NCBI GenBank assembly: GCA_002717835.1
Contig: PBBV01000024.1
Span: 1-61,684 of the forward strand
Direction: 5' to 3'
DNA: 61,684 bases
Source of the DNA: Methanobacteriota archaeon
GTDB lineage: Archaea; Thermoplasmatota; Poseidoniia; Poseidoniales; Thalassarchaeaceae
Shown here: positions 1-9,720 of the stretch, one piece after another
Position numbering within the stretch: the first letter of the stretch is position 1
Layout: every line of letters begins with the position of its first letter
Made by a program: the position numbers and the translations under genes
Notes under the pieces: generated by a model
What the model was told of the DNA's origin: nothing
Seen by the model: only the letters and a program-made list of their open reading frames with translations
The model's database searches: none

Positions 1-175
1 AATCGATGACCACGCTGCCCGGGAATCAGGTCAGGCGCGGAAGCGAGCAGCCCGACCGGGGACTCTGGATGCCTCGGGACAGCGGGGCGGAGGAGATCGG
101 TGAATCTGCAGACGTGAAAACGACCGTCCACCGATGACGCGCCCACTAACCCTCGCCTCGGCTGCTACCTAGCAG
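1..175 (+). ncRNA. Signal recognition particle RNA (archaeal 7S RNA), 3' portion; the 5' part lies outside the window
   Basis: GC-rich stretch with no ORF. Nt 27-53, CAGGTCAGGCGCGGAAGCGAGCAGCCC, is the conserved SRP RNA helix-8 motif (AGGUCAGG ... GGAA tetraloop ... AGCAGCC). It is flanked by complementary arms at 18-23 and 56-61. Composition turns AT-rich after about nt 175, so the 3' end is approximate. Confidence 0.65.
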
Positions 176-290
176 TACCTGATGTTCTCAATCTACAGCT
201 CTTCGAGTTCTTCCAATGCTAGACTATGGGATTGTAATACATGCCAATAAGGACTGTTTACAGCATCTCCGGGTCTTAGGAATTGTTACT

Positions 291-770
291 CTACAACCCT
301 AGCGATGTTGGGGTGACTCCACCCATTTGACATATTATTCTGAAATGCTCATCCTCTACAGGCTGAACGGAGAGCCGCTGTCCCCTAGCCAGAAGCGGCA
401 TACCCTCCAGACTTACATTTTTTCGAAGATCATCCAGCGAGACGGGCTCCATTTCTTTCACAGGAGAAATGTCTACCATGAACCATCTAGGGGATTCAGG
501 ATTGGACTTCGGATCCATGTATTTCGAATCAGGGTCCCATGATGTGTGATCCGGGTATCCCTCCTTGACAACTTTCGCCACACCTGCAACATGGGGGGGT
601 TTGCAATTAGAATGATAATAAAGAATCAAATCTCCCAATTTCATAGAATCCCTCATGAAATTCCTGGCTTGATAATTACGGACTCCGTCCCAATGGGTCC
701 CCCCATCTTCTACAAGTTGGCCCCACGGATATACGTCTAATTCACTCTTCATCAACCAACAAGCCATCAC
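291..770 (-). CDS. EVE (PUA-like, DUF55) domain protein
   Basis: 159-aa ORF. The blocks WLMKSE..., GxxxWDGVRNYQARNFMR, GDLILYYHS and VAGVAKVVKEGYPD are typical of the EVE/thymocyte-nuclear-protein-1 family. Confidence 0.7.
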   Translation of the reverse strand: MMACWLMKSELDVYPWGQLVEDGGTHWDGVRNYQARNFMRDSMKLGDLILYYHSNCKPPHVAGVAKVVKEGYPDHTSWDPDSKYMDPKSNPESPRWFMVDISPVKEMEPVSLDDLRKNVSLEGMPLLARGQRLSVQPVEDEHFRIICQMGGVTPTSLGL

Positions 771-3712
771 CAGGCCTCCTTCGCCTCATACACGGGCATC
801 TGCGGTTCATTATCGTTAGATTTAGATCGTCCGCCAGATATTTTCAAAATCATCGAATTGGAACCTCCTGTGAGCGGTATGCCAGATTTTACCAAAAATG
901 AGTATATCGCAGGAAGCAGGAGAAGAGCCGAAAGTGCCGCTACGACTAGTAGTATGATTATCACTGTGATGAACGGTTTGATTGCAGGAATGGGTATTAG
1001 ATATGCACAAGTCATACCAGCTGCCGTCACTATCGTCGCTTCGAACAGGCTCAGACCTGTGCTGGCGCATGATGCTTCTATCGCCTCAATGCTGCCGCCC
1101 AATTTCTTCACCCTATTGGCAATATGTATGGAAAAGTCAACACCAACGCCAACAAGTATGGAACCGATCATGACTGTTACCAGTGATAGCGAGACGTTTC
1201 CAGAATCCATTACGAGCCATTGCATGCCTACAGTGAAACCCACTGGAACAGTTGTAAGTAATGCGAACCTTAAATCTCTGAATACTAACCCTAGAGTAAT
1301 CACCGTGAACAGTAAAGCAAACCCTAGGGAGCTCCACTGCGAGCCCACAATTAATTCATTGACCTCTATGGTGATGGACGCCACACCGACAAGTGGGGTT
1401 GAGGTCAGTGCCCCAGAAGTATCTTGACTGGCGTAGAGGTCTATTTGCTCTGTTGCCGCTTTTGTGCGCTGAACGTCCATGAATGGCATATCAATGTAAA
1501 TCAAACTTGATTGAAAATCCGGAGCGATGAAAAATTCTCTCATTTCCAGTGACAGGCTGTTGTAGAACACGTAGATAAGGAAATTCTGCGCTTGGACGCC
1601 GCCAGCTTCCTGTGCATCAAGTAGGTCCAATGCACCCCAGAATGATACATTCCCATTCCTGCTATTATTGAACAGAATGTCTGAAACTTGGTCCACTGGC
1701 TCATCGATAGGAGAGGGAAGGGGCAGATCATCAATAGCATCATCAATGGGTGTACCTGAAACGTTGATACCAACTGCTATGGCTTTCATAAGGAAAACCA
1801 CAGACAACGCCGTAGTACTCTCCACAAGATTACATTTGGACTCTAATTCTTCCATGCCTTCGAGGTTGGCATATGGATCCCCTAGAAGGACTGGGTCACT
1901 GAACAATGAGGGATTCGCGGAGATATCAGCTTCCACAAGCAGGAAGCCCGGTTGCCCCCCATCAAACTCATCTGAATATGTCCCCAGCTTCTCAACAGCT
2001 GCTACAGTTTCTGGAGCCATCTCGAGCAAATCGATGTTTTCTTCGACATTAGTCCTGCTGTAGCCGGCAGATACGAGTACGAATACTAGAAACACTGCAA
2101 GTGTGATTTTACTCCATTTAGTTGGAACTGCTACCCCTGCAGTAAAAATTCTGGGAGGAGGATGAGACGGTTTTTTCAAATCTAATATCATAGTTAAATT
2201 TGGTACCATCAACATGGTCATGATGTAAACTATCACTATGCCCATAGCAAGGCACCACCCAACTGTTTGAATGGGAGCCATAGGTGTGAATGTCAAAGAT
2301 ATGAATCCAATTATCGTAGTAATCGCCGAGAGTAAAACGGCTCTGCCAGTGGAATCTAGTGCAGTTCTTATTTTCTCTTTTGGTGTACCTTTTGATTCAG
2401 CATAACTGTTAGTTATGTGTAGTCCATACGAGACGCCTAAGGCTAACACTATCGGACCTACAATAATCACGGTCATAGTAACTTCATAATTTGTAAAACC
2501 AATCACACCCATAGTGATGAATACGGAACATAGCGTAGGAAGGCCAGATATGATTACGACTTTCACGCCTTGCACAAACCGAATCCTTCCTGTTTGAAGA
2601 AGATCACAGTGAAAGAAAAACAAGGATAGGGCTACGGCTATTCCTCCCACCGGGAAAACCTGCCAGAATAACTTGAATGACTCTTCAGTCACAGCATTTG
2701 TCAATGGAACCGGGCCAGTCAAGGTCATTTTTAGATTGAGACACCTCTCTCCATCGGTCGAGTTAGCATCCTCAATACATTCCGACTCTTCACTGTTCCA
2801 ATTGTTTTCATTTGCTATATCGGAGATTATCCCCTGTGTTCTTTCTATAAGTTCAGAGACAGAAGAATCCGCGACTCCATCCCCATCGCGATCTATATCA
2901 TCTGCAACTCCAATGATGATTACAGCCCGATTCCAGTAGCCTGCCTTTTCCGCTTCCTTGATTCCATCTCCATTCGAATCCCTGCCAACGTCACGAACTA
3001 ATTTATCGATTGCGTTTTGAGGCATTTCATCCAGAATCTGGTCTACTCTCTGCTGCTCATCTGGTATGTCATAGTTACCTAAAAAATCTTCATTCTGAGC
3101 CAATGTAGCGTTTATTGATTCTGCGAGCTCTTCATTCCCTATTGCGGTCGCAATCCCTGATCCGAAGGAACTGATGACGCGACCAGCGCTAGAATTGACT
3201 TCCTTGACTACGGTAGAAATTGAGAGAGCATAAATGATATCATCATTCTGACCATTATCGTCCCGATGTGTATTGAGGCCCCGTTCGACCCGATCCATTT
3301 CTTCAAGAATTCGTACGGTTGTAATGTTGTAGTCTTCTGATTCGACGTATATTATCATCACATTTGTTGTCCATGTCTCTTCAACGCGGTAGAGATTCTG
3401 GCTAACATCGGATCCTTGGGGCAGGTAAACTTCTAAGTCTCCGTTAACATTCATGGAAGCATCTTCATTGCACCATGATGGATTGTAACCATCTCTGCAA
3501 TCATTGATACCAGAGTGCATTATGAAAAATCCAGTAACGACCAGGCACAGTATTACGGTAACTACCGGGGCTTTGATGAGAATGTCACTGGTGTCTATCC
3601 CACTCAAACCCTGCCTTTTTTTATTGGACCTGCCCCTTCGAATGGACTCGGCTTTCTCCGATACACCCTCCAACGCTTTCTTCGCGCGCTGTAGAGCCTC
3701 GCGAGTCGCCAT
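767..3712 (-). CDS. RND-superfamily / MMPL-type membrane exporter
   Basis: 981-aa ORF with two clusters of hydrophobic helices, each preceded by a large soluble loop. The motif GVGVDFSIHIANR is typical of MMPL/SecDF-like RND proteins. Confidence 0.7.
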   Translation of the reverse strand: MATREALQRAKKALEGVSEKAESIRRGRSNKKRQGLSGIDTSDILIKAPVVTVILCLVVTGFFIMHSGINDCRDGYNPSWCNEDASMNVNGDLEVYLPQGSDVSQNLYRVEETWTTNVMIIYVESEDYNITTVRILEEMDRVERGLNTHRDDNGQNDDIIYALSISTVVKEVNSSAGRVISSFGSGIATAIGNEELAESINATLAQNEDFLGNYDIPDEQQRVDQILDEMPQNAIDKLVRDVGRDSNGDGIKEAEKAGYWNRAVIIIGVADDIDRDGDGVADSSVSELIERTQGIISDIANENNWNSEESECIEDANSTDGERCLNLKMTLTGPVPLTNAVTEESFKLFWQVFPVGGIAVALSLFFFHCDLLQTGRIRFVQGVKVVIISGLPTLCSVFITMGVIGFTNYEVTMTVIIVGPIVLALGVSYGLHITNSYAESKGTPKEKIRTALDSTGRAVLLSAITTIIGFISLTFTPMAPIQTVGWCLAMGIVIVYIMTMLMVPNLTMILDLKKPSHPPPRIFTAGVAVPTKWSKITLAVFLVFVLVSAGYSRTNVEENIDLLEMAPETVAAVEKLGTYSDEFDGGQPGFLLVEADISANPSLFSDPVLLGDPYANLEGMEELESKCNLVESTTALSVVFLMKAIAVGINVSGTPIDDAIDDLPLPSPIDEPVDQVSDILFNNSRNGNVSFWGALDLLDAQEAGGVQAQNFLIYVFYNSLSLEMREFFIAPDFQSSLIYIDMPFMDVQRTKAATEQIDLYASQDTSGALTSTPLVGVASITIEVNELIVGSQWSSLGFALLFTVITLGLVFRDLRFALLTTVPVGFTVGMQWLVMDSGNVSLSLVTVMIGSILVGVGVDFSIHIANRVKKLGGSIEAIEASCASTGLSLFEATIVTAAGMTCAYLIPIPAIKPFITVIIILLVVAALSALLLLPAIYSFLVKSGIPLTGGSNSMILKISGGRSKSNDNEPQMPVYEAKEAW

Positions 3713-3831
3713 GACCTACGTGCGTGGCAGTAACTGCTTCAATACGACGGATGTTTTGGGTACCTCCACCCGATAAAGACGGCGAATGACAATCGTCAAG
3801 TGCATTGTACTTGGCCCGAAGGTGAAGACAT

Positions 3832-6285
3832 ATGGGCGAGACGCGATTCGAGGATAAGAGATGGTCCGTGGATCTCGAACATAAAATCCTGGATGAACTA
3901 GAAAAAACGTCATCAAAACCAAATTTCTCCTTTAACCCCTCTTCCGATCGGGAGATCTTCGTGATAGACACCCCTCCACCGTATCCTAGCGGTACATGGC
4001 ATATCGGTGCCGTTGCACAGTACAGTATGATAGACGTTATCGCGAGAAGTCAAAGGCTTCTCGGCAAAGAAGTCTATTTCCCCTGGGGTGTAGACAGGAA
4101 TGGCATCAACATTGAATTCACAGTCGAGCGGAAACACAACCGAAAGATGCGAACATTCGATCGAGCCGAATTTATCGAAGAATGCCGGCAAACTATTGAC
4201 GAATACACAGATGCTATGCGGAAAACCGCGAGAAGAGTCGGACTATCCTGCGACTTTGAATCTCAGTATCTCACAGACTCTCCGGAATACAGGTCTGTTA
4301 CCCAATCAATTTTTGTCGATCTGTTGTTGAAGGGGGATATCGTGGAGGATCTGAGGCCCAACCTCTATGATCCGGTCGAGGGTACAACCATCGCCGATGC
4401 GGAGGTTACAAGAGTATCCAGATCGACCAGATTGATTCATGTCGAATGGTTAACCGAAGAAGACGAGACGGTCATAATTTCCACTACAAGACCCGAATTA
4501 ATATGCGCCTGTGGTGTAGTTTTAGTTCACCCTGAGGACAATAGATATACGCATTTAGTCGGAAAGAGAATCCATCTTCCAATGCCAGTGGACGACCGAT
4601 CTGAGTTTGTGGAAATTAAGGCGCATCCTTCCGTGAAAATGGACTTCGGCTCAGGAGTTCTTATGGTTTGCAGTTATGGAGATCAAAATGACGTTTCAGT
4701 GTTCAGAGAGCTAGGTCTAAATCCATACCCTGCTATCGATTTAGATGGAAATATGACTAGTGTCTCTGGACCTCTCTCAGGCTTGAGTGTGATTGATGCT
4801 AGAAATGAAGCAATAAATATTCTAGAACAGGACGGTAGAATCAATTCTATCGATGAACGAGATCAAGAGATACCGGTAAGTGAAAGGGGTGGGAACCCAA
4901 TTGAAATTATTCTGTTGAAAGAATGGTATGTGAAACAAGTGGACATCCAAAATCGACTCGAGCAACTCGTGAACGAAGTGCGTTTTGTACCTGAGCGTAA
5001 CAAGCAACTACTACTAGATTGGATGCATAGCGTTAGCATAGATTGGCCAATCAGCAGGAGGCGTTGGTACCATACTGAAATCCCCTTATGGTATTCCGAA
5101 GACGGAGAAACAATCGTCGTTCCCCCCCGTGGATCATATGTCAGACCTTGGTGTGAAAGCCCTCCGCCAGGTTCAGTTGCAATAAACAGAATGACTAGAG
5201 CTGAAATAGGAAAGTTGGAGGACCTCGAACTTGGTGAACTCATTGGAGAGAGTAAGGTATTCGATACATGGATGGACTCTTCTAACTCCAACTTATTCGT
5301 TTCCGGTTATGGTGGAGACGAATCCAATTTCAATCGCTCCTTTCCCACTGCTTTGAGGCCACAAGGGAAAGAAATAGTCAGAACATGGCTTTACTACACA
5401 ATGCTCAAAAGTGCCCATCTGCTTGATTCTCCAGCCTTTCAAACTGTTTGGATTGATGGATTGGGGATGGACCCATGGGGCAGGAAGATGTCCAAATCTT
5501 GGGGAAATGGAATAGATGCAGACTCTGTGTTAGATTGTGGACTTGGAGGCAGGACGGGCTCTTGGCAAATAAGAGGGCCTGATGGAAAATCGGTCAAGTT
5601 GAAAGCCAACAAGATAGGATCAGAGTGCTTCAGACTATGGAAAGCAGCTGAGGCACAGGTCGGAGACGATTTCCACATCAATCCCGAAGAGATCGAATCC
5701 AAATATTTTGGCGTACTAACCAAGATATTCAATGTTGCAAGATTTGCTAGTCAATTCAAATATCCAGAATCCAGACCTACTACCATTTCTAATGCTGACT
5801 CATGGATACTTTCTGAGTATGACAGGATGAGGAAAAACAGCAAAAAGCATTGGTCGGAAATAGACATATACTCTGCAACACAAGCTGTTAAGACGTTTTT
5901 AACAGGAGTATTTCCCAGCCATTGGATGGAGATGGCAAAGAGCAGACTCTACGATGAAGACCCAAGTGCATCATGGACCCTGCACACCATTCTTTCAGGC
6001 TCTCTTTCCATACTCTCCCCCGTGTGTCCTCTGTTCTGCCACCATCTATCCAGTGTCTTGTATGGCAACAGCACGATGTATGAAAATGAATACCCTAGTA
6101 CTCCTGGAGTATCGGTCGATAACAGCAATATCGTTACCAAGGCTATGATTCATTTTAATGGAGAAATTTGGAGAACTAAAAAGGAAAGGAATCTTTCACT
6201 CAAGTCACCTCTTGAAGGTGTATCAGTACCCGATGAATTAGCAGATTATGCTGTGGACCTTCAGAGGATGCACTCACTAATTTAG
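3832..6285 (+). CDS. valS: Valyl-tRNA synthetase (class I aaRS)
   Basis: 817 aa. Contains IDTPPPYPSG, TTRPELICACGVVLVHPEDNRY (ValRS editing-domain block), DWPISRRRWY and KMSKS (GRKMSKSWGN). The HIGH motif reads HIGA. Confidence 0.75.
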   Translation: MGETRFEDKRWSVDLEHKILDELEKTSSKPNFSFNPSSDREIFVIDTPPPYPSGTWHIGAVAQYSMIDVIARSQRLLGKEVYFPWGVDRNGINIEFTVERKHNRKMRTFDRAEFIEECRQTIDEYTDAMRKTARRVGLSCDFESQYLTDSPEYRSVTQSIFVDLLLKGDIVEDLRPNLYDPVEGTTIADAEVTRVSRSTRLIHVEWLTEEDETVIISTTRPELICACGVVLVHPEDNRYTHLVGKRIHLPMPVDDRSEFVEIKAHPSVKMDFGSGVLMVCSYGDQNDVSVFRELGLNPYPAIDLDGNMTSVSGPLSGLSVIDARNEAINILEQDGRINSIDERDQEIPVSERGGNPIEIILLKEWYVKQVDIQNRLEQLVNEVRFVPERNKQLLLDWMHSVSIDWPISRRRWYHTEIPLWYSEDGETIVVPPRGSYVRPWCESPPPGSVAINRMTRAEIGKLEDLELGELIGESKVFDTWMDSSNSNLFVSGYGGDESNFNRSFPTALRPQGKEIVRTWLYYTMLKSAHLLDSPAFQTVWIDGLGMDPWGRKMSKSWGNGIDADSVLDCGLGGRTGSWQIRGPDGKSVKLKANKIGSECFRLWKAAEAQVGDDFHINPEEIESKYFGVLTKIFNVARFASQFKYPESRPTTISNADSWILSEYDRMRKNSKKHWSEIDIYSATQAVKTFLTGVFPSHWMEMAKSRLYDEDPSASWTLHTILSGSLSILSPVCPLFCHHLSSVLYGNSTMYENEYPSTPGVSVDNSNIVTKAMIHFNGEIWRTKKERNLSLKSPLEGVSVPDELADYAVDLQRMHSLI

Positions 6286-7241
6286 GAATCTAATTCGGAT
6301 AAGATCAAATCTACGATTTCCATTCCTATACGCTTCTGTGCCTCTGCTGTGGCGGCTCCAATGTGTGGAGTAGAGATCATATTAGGGTGGGCGGATAAGT
6401 CGGGATTCCCCTCTGGTTCCTTTTCAAAAACATCCAAGCCAAGACTTCTGATATGACCCGATTCTAGTAATCTTAGAGCATCTGACTCGTTCAATATGCC
6501 CCCCCTCGCACAATTCACTATGTGTCTCCCACACACTATTCCGTCCGGAGAAACATCGGGCATGAGTTTCATTAAGTCATAATTTACCATCCCCCGAGTC
6601 TTTTCAGTCATTGCGCAATGTATGCTTATATGTGTGCAAGAAGAGAACAAGGAATCTACAGAATCGTGGATTATAGGTGTGTTTTCTATCGTTACACCAT
6701 CATCAATAAATGGGTCGTAAACATGTACGTTCATTCCTAGCATTCCGGCTACTTGCGCAACCCCTCTGGATATTCTCCCATAACCTACTAGACCTAGATT
6801 CTTCCCAAATAATTCCGTTCCTGATGAGCTTTTCTTAGCCCAAATTGATGATCGCATCGCTCTATCTGATCGAGGTATATTCCTAGCTCCTGCGAGAAGA
6901 TGGCCGATCGTGAACTCCACTACTGCTCTTGTAGAGGCAGTTGGCGTATTCTTCACTATTACCCCATAATCTGAGGCTTTTTCAAGGTCAATATTGTCTA
7001 ACCCTACTCCCGCTCTGACGATCAGGCGGATACATGAGCCCGGGGACATGTTTGCTGCAAGCACCTCAGAATCTAATTTTGTGGCTGATCTAACCACCAC
7101 AGCATGATACCCCGATATCGCTCCACTAAGCAACGCTTCCCTATCGAAGTGTATCAGATCCACATTATGGCCCTTTTCTTGAAGAATTTCTACGCATTCC
7201 GGATCAAGCCCATCAGTGGCAAGTACCTTCGCCATGAGCAT
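6282..7241 (-). CDS. D-isomer-specific 2-hydroxyacid dehydrogenase, phosphoglycerate-dehydrogenase-like (no ACT domain)
   Basis: 319 aa. NAD fold GLVGYGRISRGVA, catalytic-region NCARGG and TPHIGAAT. The N-terminus KVLATDGLDPECVEILQEKG resembles SerA. Confidence 0.75.
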   Translation of the reverse strand: MLMAKVLATDGLDPECVEILQEKGHNVDLIHFDREALLSGAISGYHAVVVRSATKLDSEVLAANMSPGSCIRLIVRAGVGLDNIDLEKASDYGVIVKNTPTASTRAVVEFTIGHLLAGARNIPRSDRAMRSSIWAKKSSSGTELFGKNLGLVGYGRISRGVAQVAGMLGMNVHVYDPFIDDGVTIENTPIIHDSVDSLFSSCTHISIHCAMTEKTRGMVNYDLMKLMPDVSPDGIVCGRHIVNCARGGILNESDALRLLESGHIRSLGLDVFEKEPEGNPDLSAHPNMISTPHIGAATAEAQKRIGMEIVDLILSELDS

Positions 7242-7309
7242 CTTAATGCCTAGGAGTCAGTTATTGTTGCCCTCGACATATTGATTTATCAGTCGCTGTA
7301 GGGTTAATC

Positions 7310-7918
7310 ATGACCTTTAAGTTGCCAGACCTAGATTATGATTATGATGCTTTAGAACCACACCTCGATGCCTTGACAATGGAGATTCACCATTCGAAGC
7401 ATCACGCCGGTTATACTGCAAAATTAAACGGTGCAATTGCTGGTACTGACATGGAAGGGTCGACCATAGAGGACATCCTATCTGCATGTGCCGATTCTCC
7501 AGGCATAAGAAACAACGGAGGTGGATACTGGAATCATTGCTTTTTCTGGGACTCTATGAGTCCTAGCAGTTCTAAAACAAGTCCCGCAGGATCTCTCTCC
7601 ACAGCTATCGATTCAGCATTCGGCTCCTTTGATGAGTTTAAATCGGAATTTAAGAAAGCAGCACTCACCAGATTTGGATCCGGATGGGCATGGCTCTGCA
7701 TGGGGGAAAACGGACTCACCATCTGCAGCACTCCTAATCAGGACAATCCACTGATGAACATAGGTGGATGTGGGGACACACCCGTCTTGGGGATAGATGT
7801 CTGGGAACACGCATATTACAAAAAATTCGGTCCTGGGCGCGGCGATTACATAGATGCATGGTGGAACGTTGTGAATTGGACCGTCGTCGAGGATAGGTTC
7901 AACTCGTTGTCCCAGTGA
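7310..7918 (+). CDS. sod: Fe/Mn superoxide dismutase
   Basis: LPDLDYDYDALEPH, EIHHSKHH, and DVWEHAYY near the C-terminus. Confidence 0.92.
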   Translation: MTFKLPDLDYDYDALEPHLDALTMEIHHSKHHAGYTAKLNGAIAGTDMEGSTIEDILSACADSPGIRNNGGGYWNHCFFWDSMSPSSSKTSPAGSLSTAIDSAFGSFDEFKSEFKKAALTRFGSGWAWLCMGENGLTICSTPNQDNPLMNIGGCGDTPVLGIDVWEHAYYKKFGPGRGDYIDAWWNVVNWTVVEDRFNSLSQ

Positions 7919-8955
7919 CGGAGCACGTGGCCTCGGACTCGGGTGACATCGCCTCCGCGGTGCTAATACTCATCATCCCGGTCCTCCTCACAGTTCCTCT
8001 TAGGGTTCTATGGTCTTGGTGGATTGGTAATGAGCCAGAGCACTTACACTATCGTGAGCGATTTACTTCGGTCATAGATTCTGGCTATCCAATCAAGAAA
8101 TTTAGACAAGAATTGGATAGAACTGCCCGACAATATGACATCGATTTAGAACGCCAAACAAGAATCGAAACAGATATGCTCCACCCTCTAGACATGAGGC
8201 ACTTTCTGTTGGTCCCCTCCCTTGTAGTGTGGCCGATCTTGAGCATACCCGCAGGATTCGTATTTTTGCCGCTCCTGCCAGTCACGAGATTTTTCGAATA
8301 TATTTTGATTCAAAAGAAGGTCCTCTTACTTGTACTTAGGTTGGTAAAGCGCGCAACTGGTTGGGACGTGGTTTGGATAGATAGGCCAGGCGACCCCACT
8401 CGCCCTCCTGAACCAGTAATCGCGGCTATACACCGGCTCCCCATCACCGTCCTGCTCGGGGTATTTGCCTACCTCATTGTCTCATATCTATCCGTCTCAT
8501 TCAACCTAATTGCTGCTATAACGGTCGGCGTCTATGTAATATTAGTGGCTGCAATCTCCATCATAAGAGCAGCTACCAGCGGATCTCTTGTATTCATGGA
8601 CGCGAGAAATCGTCGAATGATTCCTGCTGACAGTTTTGTGGAACAATTGATCGGACCATGGGTAGGTGTCGGTCTTCTTTTTCTACTCTCAAGACAAATA
8701 GCACTTTCATCTACGATAAGAACAGGTGCACTATCTGACCCATCATACTTTGCTATGACCGTGGTTCTGGTCTTGTACATAGCTACGTTAATCGGAATCT
8801 CTCTAGAGCTGTCTTTCTTTAGGACGCGGGGAAGAGTTGTAGAATCTGCTTTCGAGGACCAGATAGAAACCCACATCGACCCTGATGAGTATAGGTTCAT
8901 ACGTCATCTAGGGACATATCAATTAGTAGAATCAGAAACTCAGAAAGCAGAGTGA
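7915..8955 (+). CDS. Hypothetical polytopic membrane protein
   Basis: 346-aa ORF with several hydrophobic segments and no family recognised. Its GTG start overlaps the sod stop codon (GTGA). Confidence 0.45.
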   Translation: MTEHVASDSGDIASAVLILIIPVLLTVPLRVLWSWWIGNEPEHLHYRERFTSVIDSGYPIKKFRQELDRTARQYDIDLERQTRIETDMLHPLDMRHFLLVPSLVVWPILSIPAGFVFLPLLPVTRFFEYILIQKKVLLLVLRLVKRATGWDVVWIDRPGDPTRPPEPVIAAIHRLPITVLLGVFAYLIVSYLSVSFNLIAAITVGVYVILVAAISIIRAATSGSLVFMDARNRRMIPADSFVEQLIGPWVGVGLLFLLSRQIALSSTIRTGALSDPSYFAMTVVLVLYIATLIGISLELSFFRTRGRVVESAFEDQIETHIDPDEYRFIRHLGTYQLVESETQKAE

Positions 8956-9716
8956 ATTGTCTTTACTTCTAGTATCGTACCTCTGTGATCGATCCTACCG
9001 TCCAAAACGCCCTTGTCGGCAATTGCATGTGCAAAATCGTCTAGGAAGGGTGTGATGATCTTCAATTTTCCGTCTTCAGTAACCAAGCGTTTCTTTTCTA
9101 TATTCACATCGCATCTTACCCTAACGAGCCTCTTAGTAATGGGATTTCTAGAATCCAGCCTAGCATGTATTTCCTGACCAGGGTAACATCCGTTTTGCAA
9201 CTTGACGAACTCTGCTAATCCTATCTCCTGTGGAAGATAATTCCCTCTTAGATGATGATAAGTTAGCCCTCCCTGTGATAGTGCAAAATTATGAAAAGAT
9301 TGCTCAGAAGATTCTAACCCCCTTCTTCCAGAGGAGATTTTGATGCAATAATTGCCTTCTATCCCGATCTTTCTAACAACAATAGAGTCGCCATCATCGA
9401 GATCCCTCTCTTGTTCAAAAACTCTGGATATTATTTGAGACGCGTCTCTTACCGTCCCTCCTGTTTTACTCAGGTTCCTAGCTATTGAAGTAAGGTAATC
9501 TGGCTTTTCTCGGGACAGGTGGAGCAATATCAGTCCTGCATCATCATGAATGACGTATGGAGCATCGATAGTTTTGCCCACGGGATTACATATCACGGCT
9601 CTGGATATTGCACCTGATGGACGTGATTCGATTTTAATCGTAGATATGGAGGAGAGAGCTTCTTCGGTTCCATCACCTTCGAGAAGGGTCGTGGGTCGAG
9701 AGTCTTCTAGATTCAT
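8940..9716 (-). CDS. YgfZ / IBA57-like folate-binding protein (GcvT fold)
   Basis: The signature NGCYPGQEIHARLDSR matches the K/GCYxGQE motif of YgfZ. I placed the start at the Met 4 nt downstream of the iscA-like stop; the long ORF to 9788 would overlap that gene by 68 nt. Confidence 0.6.
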   Translation of the reverse strand: MNLEDSRPTTLLEGDGTEEALSSISTIKIESRPSGAISRAVICNPVGKTIDAPYVIHDDAGLILLHLSREKPDYLTSIARNLSKTGGTVRDASQIISRVFEQERDLDDGDSIVVRKIGIEGNYCIKISSGRRGLESSEQSFHNFALSQGGLTYHHLRGNYLPQEIGLAEFVKLQNGCYPGQEIHARLDSRNPITKRLVRVRCDVNIEKKRLVTEDGKLKIITPFLDDFAHAIADKGVLDGRIDHRGTILEVKTIHSAF

Positions 9717-9720
9717 AACA

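Noticed and set aside
177-183. ACCTGAT, reminiscent of part of the TPP riboswitch core, just after the SRP RNA.
   Set aside because: No accompanying CTGAGA element or pairing partners. A 7-mer alone is not evidence.
858-2063. Long plus-strand ORFs (858-1427, 189 aa; 1668-2063, 131 aa) inside the RND exporter gene.
   Set aside because: They are antisense shadow ORFs of a well-supported 981-aa gene. Their composition is Ser/Thr/Pro-rich and low-complexity, with no recognisable motif.
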